Source: an uncultured Flavobacteriaceae bacterium
GTDB lineage: Bacteria > Bacteroidota > Bacteroidia > NS11-12g > UBA955
Direction: 5' to 3'
Assembly: GCA_964626685.1 (NCBI GenBank)
Contig: CAZVJY010000010.1
Location: 1,499-65,498, forward strand
Length of the DNA: 64,000 bases
In this document: piece after piece, positions 40,501-49,900 of the stretch
Layout: each line of letters begins with the position of its first letter
Numbering within the stretch: the first letter of the stretch is position 1
Translations under genes and position numbers: made by a program
Notes under the pieces: generated by a model
Told to the model about the DNA's origin: nothing
The model's input: the letters and a program-made list of their open reading frames with translations, nothing else
The model's database searches: none

Positions 40501-42189
40501 AAAAAATGCCGTAGTGGTTGTAGATCCTACGCTGTTCGTCATGATGTTGGAGAACCATCTCTGATCACCGGTGGCGATTGATTGTGTCCAAAATCCGAAC
40601 AGGTTATTGAAAGAAGAGTTGGTTCCGGCTTGGGTTAATCTGTCAATCATGTTTCTAGAAACTATCCATCTGCCTTGGGTGGTTCTGATACCGTACATGG
40701 TAATAAAGGTGCGTCCTGCATCGGTAGACTGGTTGTCTACAATCTGGTTGGCTGTTATCAATCCATCAGAAGTTAAACCGCCACCAATGGTGTAGATACC
40801 ATGGAAGAAGGTTCCGGGTCTGCAACCGGTGATGGTGTTTCTCAAAATATTGTTAGGTAAGATGGTGCCTCCGAAACCAACGCCGATTGTGAACCAACCT
40901 GATGTGGGTGGTATGCCTGTTCCAGCAATCTGGAACATCGAAGAAAAGTCGTTAAAAATACCAGTGGTTGAACCCCAGAAGTTGCTGGAACTGGTGTTGT
41001 TGCTGTAGAGGTTGGTGATGATGTTGTCTTCTACGCTTGTGTTCTGGCAGCAGCCCAGGTAAACACCGATGTTGCCACCGGTACTGGTTCCGATGTTGGT
41101 AATTCTATTTCCTTTGATAAAGGTTGGGAATGTTTGAAATGCGGAAATATTCATCCAGATAGAATACGTACTGGTATTACACTGCGAAGCAGTGGCATTC
41201 AGGAATGGTATGTCGTGAATGAAGTTCGAATCGATGCGGTGTGAACGGGTTGCACCACCAACGCCGCTGGAGTGAATACCTGATATGGTACTGTTTCCGG
41301 CCGCAGCTATGTCGAATACAGTGGGGGTAGTAACGTTGGAGCGGCTGATATCGTTATTAGCAACCACAGTACCATTACTTAGGGATGTCAAAATACCAAA
41401 AACGAAAAAGTTCTGGATAATATTATCCCTAAATGTATTATTGAAGGAACTGGTAGGAGGGAGCCAGCTTTGACCGTTCTGCGTTTCGTAAATACCTGCA
41501 AAAGGGCCGGGGCTGTTGGTGTTGGTACGCATGATGTTGTTGCGGACGAGATTTCTTGAACCATTGCCATTAACACCAAAATTTACCGAGCCATTGGTTA
41601 CACCCGGGAAACCGGTGTTCAGATTGTAAAACGGACGGGCCAGGGTTGTGGAATTTGAGAACGCAATGTAACAAGCACCACCGGTTGTTTGTGCGGCAGT
41701 GAGGTTTGATAACTCAATAACGCAGTTTTGAACGGTATTGTCGTTAGCATCATTGGTAAAACGAATACCCATCACGTTGGCAATGGTACCTGAGTTTACG
41801 ATGGAAAGTTGATTAATGGTGAAGAAGTCTGCGCCATTAAACAGGAAAATCTCCGGAGTAACCGTAGATGTGGCACCTCTGCTAACAATAAAGTTGTTGC
41901 CATTGATGGTAACACGGTTGGTCGCTGTGGGTGAGTTTGTAGCCAGGTTGTTAAAAGTTACCAGAGCGGTTTCAGTAACATTGGAGATTACATTCACCGT
42001 GAGCGGGCCAGAAACACCCTGTGCGTTGAATGCGGTTGCAAAAGCGCCAAAGGTCGTGTAGGTTCCGCCGGAACCCACAGTCACTGTGCCGCTTAGCTGG
42101 GCCTTCACCCACCCCGAACCGGTGAGCATCAAACCCAGCGCAAGGGCTTTTAACCCTTTGCTTTTGATGGAGTTGTAAATTGTTATCAT
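37519..42189 (-). CDS. Giant (1556 aa) T9SS-secreted cell-surface protein: parallel beta-helix region, ~6 PKD-like Ig domains and a T9SS C-terminal sorting domain
   Basis: Signal peptide MITIYNSIKSKGLKALALGLMLTGSGWVKAQ. An N/T/S/G-rich beta-helix occupies the first half. Repeated PKD-type domains of ~85 aa, each ending at a Cys, carry 'WNFGDG/WDFGDG'-type motifs. The last ~80 aa match the T9SS CTD (FPNPNNGQF...VRKITISK). Confidence 0.75.
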   Translation of the reverse strand: MITIYNSIKSKGLKALALGLMLTGSGWVKAQLSGTVTVGSGGTYTTFGAFATAFNAQGVSGPLTVNVISNVTETALVTFNNLATNSPTATNRVTINGNNFIVSRGATSTVTPEIFLFNGADFFTINQLSIVNSGTIANVMGIRFTNDANDNTVQNCVIELSNLTAAQTTGGACYIAFSNSTTLARPFYNLNTGFPGVTNGSVNFGVNGNGSRNLVRNNIMRTNTNSPGPFAGIYETQNGQSWLPPTSSFNNTFRDNIIQNFFVFGILTSLSNGTVVANNDISRSNVTTPTVFDIAAAGNSTISGIHSSGVGGATRSHRIDSNFIHDIPFLNATASQCNTSTYSIWMNISAFQTFPTFIKGNRITNIGTSTGGNIGVYLGCCQNTSVEDNIITNLYSNNTSSSNFWGSTTGIFNDFSSMFQIAGTGIPPTSGWFTIGVGFGGTILPNNILRNTITGCRPGTFFHGIYTIGGGLTSDGLITANQIVDNQSTDAGRTFITMYGIRTTQGRWIVSRNMIDRLTQAGTNSSFNNLFGFWTQSIATGDQRWFSNIMTNSVGSTTTTAFFSNNSAGANVLVKQNTFNLNLSNTSFNSQTNLFTAGFGTTTYDGNIFVDRTNYNWGFNSGGANNYSNNHVFAPNAPVTNFRGNHNGTTYTNWLTYRAASPGGQAGLVYGDPNFTNEAARNFTPRAFSTQNNVVTTPTAPVQFNGNNRNAGSSDRGAVEAFTDIAALGSTFSVPPTVCPGWTGNMTLNVRNLWSDTATGFRVSFRSTGGPTVSTFVTKRMLTNDTHLVTFNVPVRLNISGNIRISCYVDMPDDNVANDTISFNTVVLPAPGGGRYLQGTTPSKAVYRLGRPNDVTQINMPIFYHITAPRAYTNADYWDGTGSSTGKRWTASVYGLTRAGVVLPASIQNHATATNDLEVRFATANAALEDSTITLITKITDLGNNCDTLLRRDILIYPTINADFTFPAKICNGESVLFNNRSTVRSGSMDFTWNFGTGVAGDTSNAPSPIFTFPNAGTFRVKLFARTAPWGFVTIDSSDVVVNAIPNVKFVKSNACEGQDLVFTNQSTPLTGTTSNWNWGNGINVNNNNTTVRYRYATPGSYLVTLTVNLNGCIGTATQRAYQFPTPKAAFDQTTGTCDNDAYAFTNKSTISSGTFGPYWNFSDNTFSTEDDATKVFGTPGTKNVKLVVTSVFGCKDSITKPISVLESPKVAFINTPACSRTATQFTNTTPVVGGAGGAVKTYSWDFGDGGTSILASPSRSWSTLGPKNVKFNIELMNGCKGSFSKVLNVGVQPKASFTAQNVCLGKPMVFDNTTTWPQGDITWLWNFGDGVTSTSSKPVHTYNKAFSPNVTLYASIAGGCTDSIVIPVTIFEGPRTCDFTVATDYAFGFYGVKLNPLNASTGVAGGQDKVEYNWIFQGGGTNKTSGVNAETQFDFQTDGAYDVTMRARSTTAPFCECSITKKVVMNRAAVKDLETTGVAVFPNPNNGQFNLSVKSNFGKNLNIVITNMSGAVVKQINTENNGMISINSGNLSDGVYMVRVSSGENTAVRKITISK

Positions 42190-42362
42190 ACGTTTGAGTT
42201 TATATTGTTTGGCTACAATATTAGGAAATCGAAACTAAAAAATAAATTTTTCGGTAATTTTTTTATCGGGGATTTCGCCTCAGCGCGGATGAATCATCCC
42301 GAATTGGAGTCAGTATCAGGTCTTTAAGAGATAATCTTGCAATTTGATGACAGACGGTTGTC

Positions 42363-42893
42363 TTACATCAAAATTCTGCGGATTTGCAGAAAGCGGGTTT
42401 TGTAGTACTGTGATTTCAGCACATCGTAGCGTATGCCTCCGTGTACCGCTGAATGGATAAAATAAATATCGGTAGGGGTAACTTCTGTGATAATTCCTAC
42501 ATGCCCGATACTGCGGTTTCGGCTGTTGGAACCTGTGAAGCAGATTACATCGCCTGGGCGTGCCGCCTGGGGATGGACCTTGATGCCATGTTTATGGTAG
42601 GTTGTAGCAGACGGACTGAGCAGCAATCCTTGTGTTTGGCTGAAGCAATATCTGACAAATCCGCTGCAGTCAAATCCGGCGGGTGTTTTTCCGCCGTAAC
42701 GGTAGGGTGTTCCAAGATGCTGTTCTGCAAAACGGATCAGTCGGTTGATTTCCACAATATGGCTGGCTCCGGTATCGGGGATTACAGCACCCAGGGAGTC
42801 TTCAAGCCCCGACTGCATGGTGTCTGCCGGTTGTCGGCCCCAGATGCCTGTGCAGACCAGCATGATTAATATCACAGAGAATATTTTTCTCAT
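42363..42893 (-). CDS. NlpC/P60 (C40) family cell-wall peptidase
   Basis: Signal peptide plus 'YRYGGKTPAGFDCSGFVRYCF' (catalytic Cys) and His ('GHVGIITE'). Confidence 0.8.
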   Translation of the reverse strand: MRKIFSVILIMLVCTGIWGRQPADTMQSGLEDSLGAVIPDTGASHIVEINRLIRFAEQHLGTPYRYGGKTPAGFDCSGFVRYCFSQTQGLLLSPSATTYHKHGIKVHPQAARPGDVICFTGSNSRNRSIGHVGIITEVTPTDIYFIHSAVHGGIRYDVLKSQYYKTRFLQIRRILM

Positions 42894-43696
42894 GGCAATG
42901 AGGCTTTAAAGGCATTGTATCGCTGGGTAAAGGTTTGACCGGCTTTTCCACCCAGTGATTGCCATTTATCGGTGATGGCCTGTACGCGGTTGTCGGGGTT
43001 GGGGTGGGTGCTAAGCCACTGGGGAGCACCTCCGCTTTGTCCCTGATCGATGAGTTTTTGGAAGAACCCTGCGGCCCCTTTTGCATTGTAGGCGGTTGGG
43101 TAGAGCCAGGTAACAGAATACATGTCGGATTGCGACTCGTTTTCGCGGCTATACTGCAGCATTTTGATCTGGGTTGCCACACGCACCAGCTGGCCTTTAT
43201 CCTTTCCAAAGATGATGTCAAACAAAACGCCGAGTCCATACTGGCGGGTTAGTGCATCGGTGCTGTGCCTCAGATCGGCGTGTGCCATTTCGTGTCCCAT
43301 CACGCCGGCAAGCTGGTCTTCGCTTTCCAGGTATTTGATCAGCGCAGTGTAGAAATAAATATATCCCCCCGGCGCACAAAAGGCATTAAGGGTTGTGTCG
43401 TCCTTGATAACACGGATTCTCCACGCAAACTCCTTTTCATAGTTCAGTTCATTGTGTAAAAGAATGCTGTCGCGCAGGTTGTACATATATTTATAGACGG
43501 CCGGGTAGGTGGCGGAATCGAGCACGTTGATTTTTGGATCATTCTCCAGTTCCTGTGATACCTGAAATCCCAGATCAAGGTCGTCCTGTATAGTGAAAAT
43601 ATTGATGCTGCCGTCTTTGTCCCTGCATGCCTGGAAAACGCCAATGAGGGAAACCGAAAACAGGGTAAACAGTATTAAACGGATGGATGTTTTCAT
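42890..43696 (-). CDS. M48 family zinc metallopeptidase (BepA/LoiP-like, periplasmic)
   Basis: 'HEMAHADLRH' is a HExxH motif. Signal peptide MKTSIRLILFTLFSVSLIGVFQAC. The track start at 43732 is GTG; the ATG at 43696 is preferred. The ATGA overlaps NlpC/P60. Confidence 0.7.
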   Translation of the reverse strand: MKTSIRLILFTLFSVSLIGVFQACRDKDGSINIFTIQDDLDLGFQVSQELENDPKINVLDSATYPAVYKYMYNLRDSILLHNELNYEKEFAWRIRVIKDDTTLNAFCAPGGYIYFYTALIKYLESEDQLAGVMGHEMAHADLRHSTDALTRQYGLGVLFDIIFGKDKGQLVRVATQIKMLQYSRENESQSDMYSVTWLYPTAYNAKGAAGFFQKLIDQGQSGGAPQWLSTHPNPDNRVQAITDKWQSLGGKAGQTFTQRYNAFKASLP

Positions 43697-43752
43697 GGGA
43701 CTAAACTCCAAACAAAAACTGTTCCGAAACACATTTTATTGTGTTACATCAA

Positions 43753-46140
43753 TTAAAAAGGATATCCGATGCCTATGGCCAGTGCTGTTTCTTTAATCAG
43801 GTAATTGTTGAATCCCAGAAAGTTTTCTTTGTTTAGCAGCCATCGTTTTCCTTCAGGTTTGGCCGGGTCGCGCACGGGCAGTCCCCAGTCCAGACGGAAG
43901 AGAAAAAACTTGAAATCAAACCGGAAACCTATTCCGGCATTCATAGCCAGTTCCTGTCCCCATGTTGCGGGATTCAGTGTGCCGGTTTTCTGGGTTTGAC
44001 CTTGCCTTTTCAGGTTCCAGATATTGCCCATATCAAAGAACAGGGCGCTTTCCAAAAACTTGGGGAAGATGGTAAACCGGTATTCAAAGTTGGTTTCAAA
44101 AAGAAATTCACCGGAACGGTCTATAAGCGTGAGGCTGGTATCGGGGGTTGTTCCGGGGCCAAGGCGGCGGGGTCTCCATGCCCTAAGGCTATTGCTTCCG
44201 CCAATGAAGTATCGTTTGTCATACGGAACATCCTTGCTGTTTCCATAGGGTAATACCAGGCCTACATTGGCTCTGAAGGCAATGGTATTAAGTTCATCGA
44301 GGGTTTGCCGAAGGCGAATTTCCCCTTCCATTTTGGCGTACTGAAAGTAATTTACCCCCAGCAGCGAATAGCTGCTGTCGGCTTTGAATCCCTTGTTTAG
44401 GCTGCGGATCCACCGGTGCAGGTTGCCGCTGGTTTCAAGGCCGGCGCGGGTAAACAGGTAGGTCTCTCCGGGTTTGGTTCTGTTATTGGCGAAAATGAGC
44501 CCCAGTTTGGCAGCAGAAATAAACTGGTCGGTGAAAACCCGTTTCACAAAATCCTGGTCAAGGGCAGGCAGGCGCGGCAGAAATGAGGGGTCCAGCCGGT
44601 TTCGGTTAAAGCTCAGCTCCAGCGGTGTGTAATACCAGCTCAGTCGCGAGCGGATAAACTGGAACGTTATACTGGCAGGCAGCGTGCTTCTTCGGAAATT
44701 GGGGTTGTTTTCGAACTGGTAGGACAGAGATAACACCGTATTTCGGCGCTGGGTGCGGGTAAGCTTGTCGATGCCATTTAGCAGGGTGAAGTGGGGCAAC
44801 GACAGCGATGCGTTGAATCCTTGTTGCAAGCCATAGAGCAGGTTGCCGGTTTGGTCGCGGCGTATGATGGCTTCGTAGGAGGTGATGGAGGAAAGCCTGA
44901 AGCTTTCTCCGTGGTGAAATGCATTTCTGTTGTTGAATGAGAGAATGCCGGCAAGGCCAAAGCTTCGCTGGCTTTGGGTTTGAAAGTTGGTACCCGATGT
45001 TCCCTGCGGAGAATAGAGCCCTTGGGGTTCAAAGGAAATATTCATGCGCTCAAATGCTTTGACAAGGATGGTTGGCGTGATGATGAGTTTATTGGTGTCC
45101 GCATCATACCGGATTTCTACATAGGAAAACAGGCCACTTTCGGTGAGGGACTTGTAGGTGTTTTCACCCGCACGCTGAGAGTATCGCATGCCGCTGTCAA
45201 TACCAATCAGGCCGGCCATGGTGGCCGCTTTGAAAGGGTAGTGCCCCATAATCAGCAGTTTCCCGTTCACCCACACGGAATCCGGATAATTGTTGGCCAT
45301 AAAGATATCGCTGCTTTCAATTTTCAGGGTGGGACGACCAAAACGGTACTGTTTGAATGGTTTCCCGCTCGCAGGCATATACATTTTCAGGTATACGGCA
45401 GCTTCTTTTTTATCGGCAAGGGAATCCAGCTCAAAATAAAAGTAATCCTGGTTTACCGTGTAATAGCCGCTGTTGCGCATCGCTGAAGCGATGTATTCAC
45501 GCGATGCATTGAGTTTATTCAAATCGGCAGGCCACCAAAGTCGGAAGTACTCAGAGGCGTTGGTTATGCTGTCTAGTAGCAACTTTAAAGTGGTGTCGGC
45601 CGGCTCTCTGAAAAAGGAATTGATGCGGTAAGGTTTGCCGATGTATACCATGTAGTTAACAACGGCTTTTCGGCGGGTTTTTTTGATGTCTCGCTTCACG
45701 GAAGCATCAAAGTAGCCCATATTCTGCAGGTAATTGACGATGTTGTCTGCTGAAAGCTGGGTTAGTCCGGTATCCAGTAAAACCGGCGGTTCTCCGAAAT
45801 CTTCACGAAGCCTGCGTCTCCAGGTTTGTTTGGTGTTGGCTTCTTCGTTTTTCCAGGATGTGCCCAGGGAGTACATCCATAGATAAATGGGAATTCGGTT
45901 GAACAGCACCCTTTTGTTACCCCTGTGTAGGATCTGAGCTGTTAAGTCAGAGGCTTTTATTTTGTGTTCTCTTTCGGTTTTTTTCTCCCGAACCAGGGAT
46001 ACTTCGTTTTTTTTCAACAGGTATTCGCCTTTCGGGATGCCCTTTTTTACCCCACAACCCTGCATTATCCATAGAATCAGCAAAAAAATCGAAACGATTT
46101 TTCCTTTATGTACAGCATATTTGCTACCGGAAAATGCCAT
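43753..46140 (-). CDS. Omp85/BamA/TamA-family outer-membrane protein (surface antigen D15 beta-barrel)
   Basis: The C-terminal beta-barrel ends in '...GIGYPF'. The track start at 46170 is GTG; the ATG at 46140 gives a signal-peptide-like N-terminus (MAFSGSKYAVHKGKIVSIFLLILWIMQGC). That ATG overlaps the divergent TrmH-family gene start by 7 bp, so one of the two starts may be wrong. Confidence 0.6.
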   Translation of the reverse strand: MAFSGSKYAVHKGKIVSIFLLILWIMQGCGVKKGIPKGEYLLKKNEVSLVREKKTEREHKIKASDLTAQILHRGNKRVLFNRIPIYLWMYSLGTSWKNEEANTKQTWRRRLREDFGEPPVLLDTGLTQLSADNIVNYLQNMGYFDASVKRDIKKTRRKAVVNYMVYIGKPYRINSFFREPADTTLKLLLDSITNASEYFRLWWPADLNKLNASREYIASAMRNSGYYTVNQDYFYFELDSLADKKEAAVYLKMYMPASGKPFKQYRFGRPTLKIESSDIFMANNYPDSVWVNGKLLIMGHYPFKAATMAGLIGIDSGMRYSQRAGENTYKSLTESGLFSYVEIRYDADTNKLIITPTILVKAFERMNISFEPQGLYSPQGTSGTNFQTQSQRSFGLAGILSFNNRNAFHHGESFRLSSITSYEAIIRRDQTGNLLYGLQQGFNASLSLPHFTLLNGIDKLTRTQRRNTVLSLSYQFENNPNFRRSTLPASITFQFIRSRLSWYYTPLELSFNRNRLDPSFLPRLPALDQDFVKRVFTDQFISAAKLGLIFANNRTKPGETYLFTRAGLETSGNLHRWIRSLNKGFKADSSYSLLGVNYFQYAKMEGEIRLRQTLDELNTIAFRANVGLVLPYGNSKDVPYDKRYFIGGSNSLRAWRPRRLGPGTTPDTSLTLIDRSGEFLFETNFEYRFTIFPKFLESALFFDMGNIWNLKRQGQTQKTGTLNPATWGQELAMNAGIGFRFDFKFFLFRLDWGLPVRDPAKPEGKRWLLNKENFLGFNNYLIKETALAIGIGYPF

Positions 46141-46868
46141 CAACTGCAGAGATAAAACAATATTCGGCACTGCGAATGCCGAAGTACAGGCAAAAATATG
46201 GCCAATTCCTCGTGGAAGGCCGTAAGAATGTCCTCGAAGTATTCCACAGTGACTGGAACATAGTCAGAATATTGGCCACTTCTGAGGGAATGGCAGGTTT
46301 AAAACTGCCCTTTGAACCCGAAATCATAAGCCGTCAGGATTATGCAAAAATCAGCCATATGGATACCCCGCCCGGGCTTTGTGCCATTGTTGAAATAAAG
46401 GAATGGGCATTACCTCAGATTGATTTTAATCAGCCTGTGGTGCTGGCGTTGGATGGTATATCCGATCCCGGAAACCTGGGAACCATTCTGAGAACGGCAG
46501 ACTGGTTTGGTTTCAGGCAGGTTGTTCTTTCCAAAGATTGCACGGATGTGTACAATGCCAAGTGCATTGCTGCCAGTATGGGTTCCTTCACCCGCATGGA
46601 ATGGGTGTATGGCGATTTGCCAGAAATGCTGAAAAACAAAAACGTGCTGGGTTGTTTTATGGACGGGGAAGATGTTAAAACCGTGGTTCCTGAATTTCCG
46701 CTTGTCTTAATGGTGGGCAGTGAGGCGCACGGAATCCGCAGCGAGGCGGAAAAAACAGTGAAAAAGCGCATCAGCATACCGGGTGCGGGCCAAACGGAGA
46801 GCCTGAATGCGGGCGTGGCTGCTGGGATTGTGATGCATACGCTGTTTGGGGGCTTAAAAAAGGGTTGA
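46134..46868 (+). CDS. TrmH/SpoU-family RNA 2'-O-methyltransferase
   Basis: SpoU motifs ('LALDGISDPGNLGTILRTADWFG', 'IPGAGQTESLNAGVAAGIV'). Confidence 0.8.
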   Translation: MPSTAEIKQYSALRMPKYRQKYGQFLVEGRKNVLEVFHSDWNIVRILATSEGMAGLKLPFEPEIISRQDYAKISHMDTPPGLCAIVEIKEWALPQIDFNQPVVLALDGISDPGNLGTILRTADWFGFRQVVLSKDCTDVYNAKCIAASMGSFTRMEWVYGDLPEMLKNKNVLGCFMDGEDVKTVVPEFPLVLMVGSEAHGIRSEAEKTVKKRISIPGAGQTESLNAGVAAGIVMHTLFGGLKKG

Positions 46869-46909
46869 ACGCAATAATTTCGGCCTAAAATTTGTTATAT
46901 TTGTAGGGA

Positions 46910-49900
46910 ATGGCCACAGAGATTCTGAACCGGCTGGATGCCTTTATCCGCAAGTATTACCTGCACAAACTTGTGCGCGGGCTGATGCTTTCTGTGGCAT
47001 TGTTGCTGGGTTTGTTTTTGCTGATTGCCTTCTCTGAGTACTTTGCTTTTTTCCCGGTGTGGACCCGCACCCTGCTCTTCTGGGCTTACACAGCGCTCAC
47101 CGTAACCGTTTTGTGGCTTTGGATAGCCAGGCCGCTTTTGGGAATATACCGCCTGGGCACCGTGATATCCTACGATGAAGCGGCAAAAATCATCGGGGCG
47201 CATTTTGGCAATGTGCAGGATAAACTCCTGAATTTGCTGCAGCTGGAAGCCATGGCACGACAGCATCCGGACAGTGCCCTGCTGCTTGCAGGCATAGAGC
47301 AGAAAACCCGCGAGCTGAAGCCAGTGCCGTTTACCGGTGCCATCAACCTGAAAGCCAACCGCAAATACCTGAAATACGCAGCACCGCCGGTTGTGCTGTT
47401 ATTCCTGCTATTGTTGTTTCAAAGCCATATTATTACCGATGGAAGCAAGCGATTTTTTCAATACAGCAAGCACTTTGAAAAACAGGCTCCATTTCGCTTT
47501 CAGTTGCTGAACAAAGATCTGCATTGCAAAAGAGGTGCTGCCTATTCTTTAGAACTGCAGTTCGAAGGAAGAAGTCTGCCTGAGGAAGCATATCTGCTGC
47601 TGAAAGGCCAGCGGATTAAAATGCTGAAAAACGGACGTGACAAATTTACCTACGAAATTACCAATGTGCAGGATGATTTCCCGTTTCAGTTTGAAGCCAT
47701 GGGTTTTGAATCACAGCCATTTTTGCTGAAGCTGATGCCCGATCCGGCCATGACCGATGCGGAGGCCACTGTGGTTTATCCGGCCTACACCGGAAAAGGC
47801 ACCGAGAAATTTAGCAATACCACCGAATTTCAGTTGCCTGAGGGAAGCGTTATAACCTGGAATTTTAGGGCGCGTGATGCGCAAACCCTTGAAGTGATCA
47901 GGGCACAGCGCCGTGAGCAGATTGTGCCCAAAAAGGGTGTTTTTGCATACCGAATGGTTTGTGCGGCCCGGGAGCTAGTGCGTGTGCTGCCGCGCCATTC
48001 CAAGGCAAAGGGGTCGGATACGCTGCAATACAGCATTTCTGCCATAGCAGATGCTTTCCCTGAAATTTCCGTGGAAAAGAAAGACGACAGCAGCAGCGTG
48101 CGTCGTTTTTGGTTTGTGGGTGCTGCCTCCGATGATTATGCAGTGGGTAGCGTTGCCATAAAATACAGGTTTACCGAATCGGATAATGCCGGCAAACTTC
48201 GAGCAGGCTGGATGACAGCTCCGGTTAAAATTTCCCCCGGTTCCAGGGTTGACTTTCTTTACGGGCTTGACATGGATGCATTGGGTATGGCCCCGGGCGA
48301 GTCTGTTGAATATTACTTCGAAGCCCGCGACAATGATGGTATTCATGGTCCGAAAGTTTCCAAAACCGCAGTGCAGCCGCTTCGCAGGCAAACCCTGAAG
48401 GAAGTGCGTGATGATGCGGATAAAAAGAGTGACAAGGTGCAGCAGATGATGCAGCAGGCCTTCAGCCAAAGCCGACAAATGCAAAAAGAGGCCCAGGAGC
48501 TTCAGCAAAAACTGAATAACGGGAAAAACCTGGCCTGGGAAGAACAGCAGCGGGTGGAGGATTTGCTCAGAAAACAGCAGGAGCTGGAGAAGAAGATCGC
48601 GGAGATGAAAACGGAGCAGCAAAAACTGCAGCAGCAAAAAGATGAATTTCAGGCGCAGAAGCCGGAAAGCCTGGAGCGTAAAAAACAGATGGATGAACTG
48701 CTGAAGCAAATGGAAAATCCGGAAATGAAGAAACTGATGGAGGAAATCCAAAAGTTGCTGGAACAGAAGGCTTCCAAAGAAAAGATTGCCGAAAAGATGA
48801 ATGAAATGCGGCAGATGAACAAAGAGCAGGCGCGTGACCTGAACCAGCTTATGGAGCAGTTTAAGGAACTGCAGCTGGAGCAGAAACTGAATGATAACCT
48901 GGACCGTTTGAACAAATTGTCAGAAAAACAGGATAAACTGGCTGAGAAAACAAAACAGCAGCAGGGTGACAAGGATGGTAAACTCAAGGAGGAGCAGCAA
49001 AAGCTTTCGGACGAGATGAGGGAAATTCGCAAGGATCTGAAGGAGGCGCTTGAGATGAACAAAGACCTTGAAAAACCAATGAGCCTTGATTTGGGAGAAC
49101 AGGAACAGAAACAGGCTGAATCAAGCCAGCAGAAGGCCGGCAGCGAGCTTGAAGGCGGTAAAAACAAGAAGGCTTCAGAAAGCCAGAAAGATGCCGCTGA
49201 GCAAATGAAGAAAGCTGCGGAAAAGATGCAGAAAAGCATGGAACAGGAACAGCAGAAGCGCATGGCTGAGGATTATCAGGCGTTGCGGCTGTTGCTGGAA
49301 AATCTGGTGGAAACATCGGTTGAGCAGGAGGATATTTTTACCGAACTTTCCCGCATCAGGGAATACAATCCACGGTTTGTGGAGCTGAACAAACGGCAGA
49401 TGGTGGTTCGGGAACAGTGTGCACTCCTGGAGGATAGCCTGAGGGCACTGGCCAAGCGTCAGCCGATGGTCAGTACGTTTGTTTCTAAGGAAATAGCCAG
49501 AATAAACAACAACATGGATATGGCGCTGGAAGGATTGAAAATCCGAGATCTGCGCGGGGCCGCCATGCGGGAACAGTTTGTGATGACAGGTTTGAACAAC
49601 CTCGCAGTTATGCTGCTGGAAAGCATGCAGAACATGCAGCAGAAAATGTCTGAGCAGAATAAAAAACAAGGCAAAGGTAGCTGCAGCAATCCGGGAGGGA
49701 AAGGCAAAGGGCAGGGCAAACCCAATAAGGGCGACAAGCTGTCCAAAGGGCAGGAGCAACTGGGGCAAATGTTGCAGGAGATGCAGAAAAAGGGGCAAAA
49801 CGGAAAAACCGGTAAAGATGGACAACCTAAGCCCGGCGAAGGACAACAGGGCCGGGAAATGAACGAAGAATACGCCCGTATTGCCCTGATGCAGGAAGCA

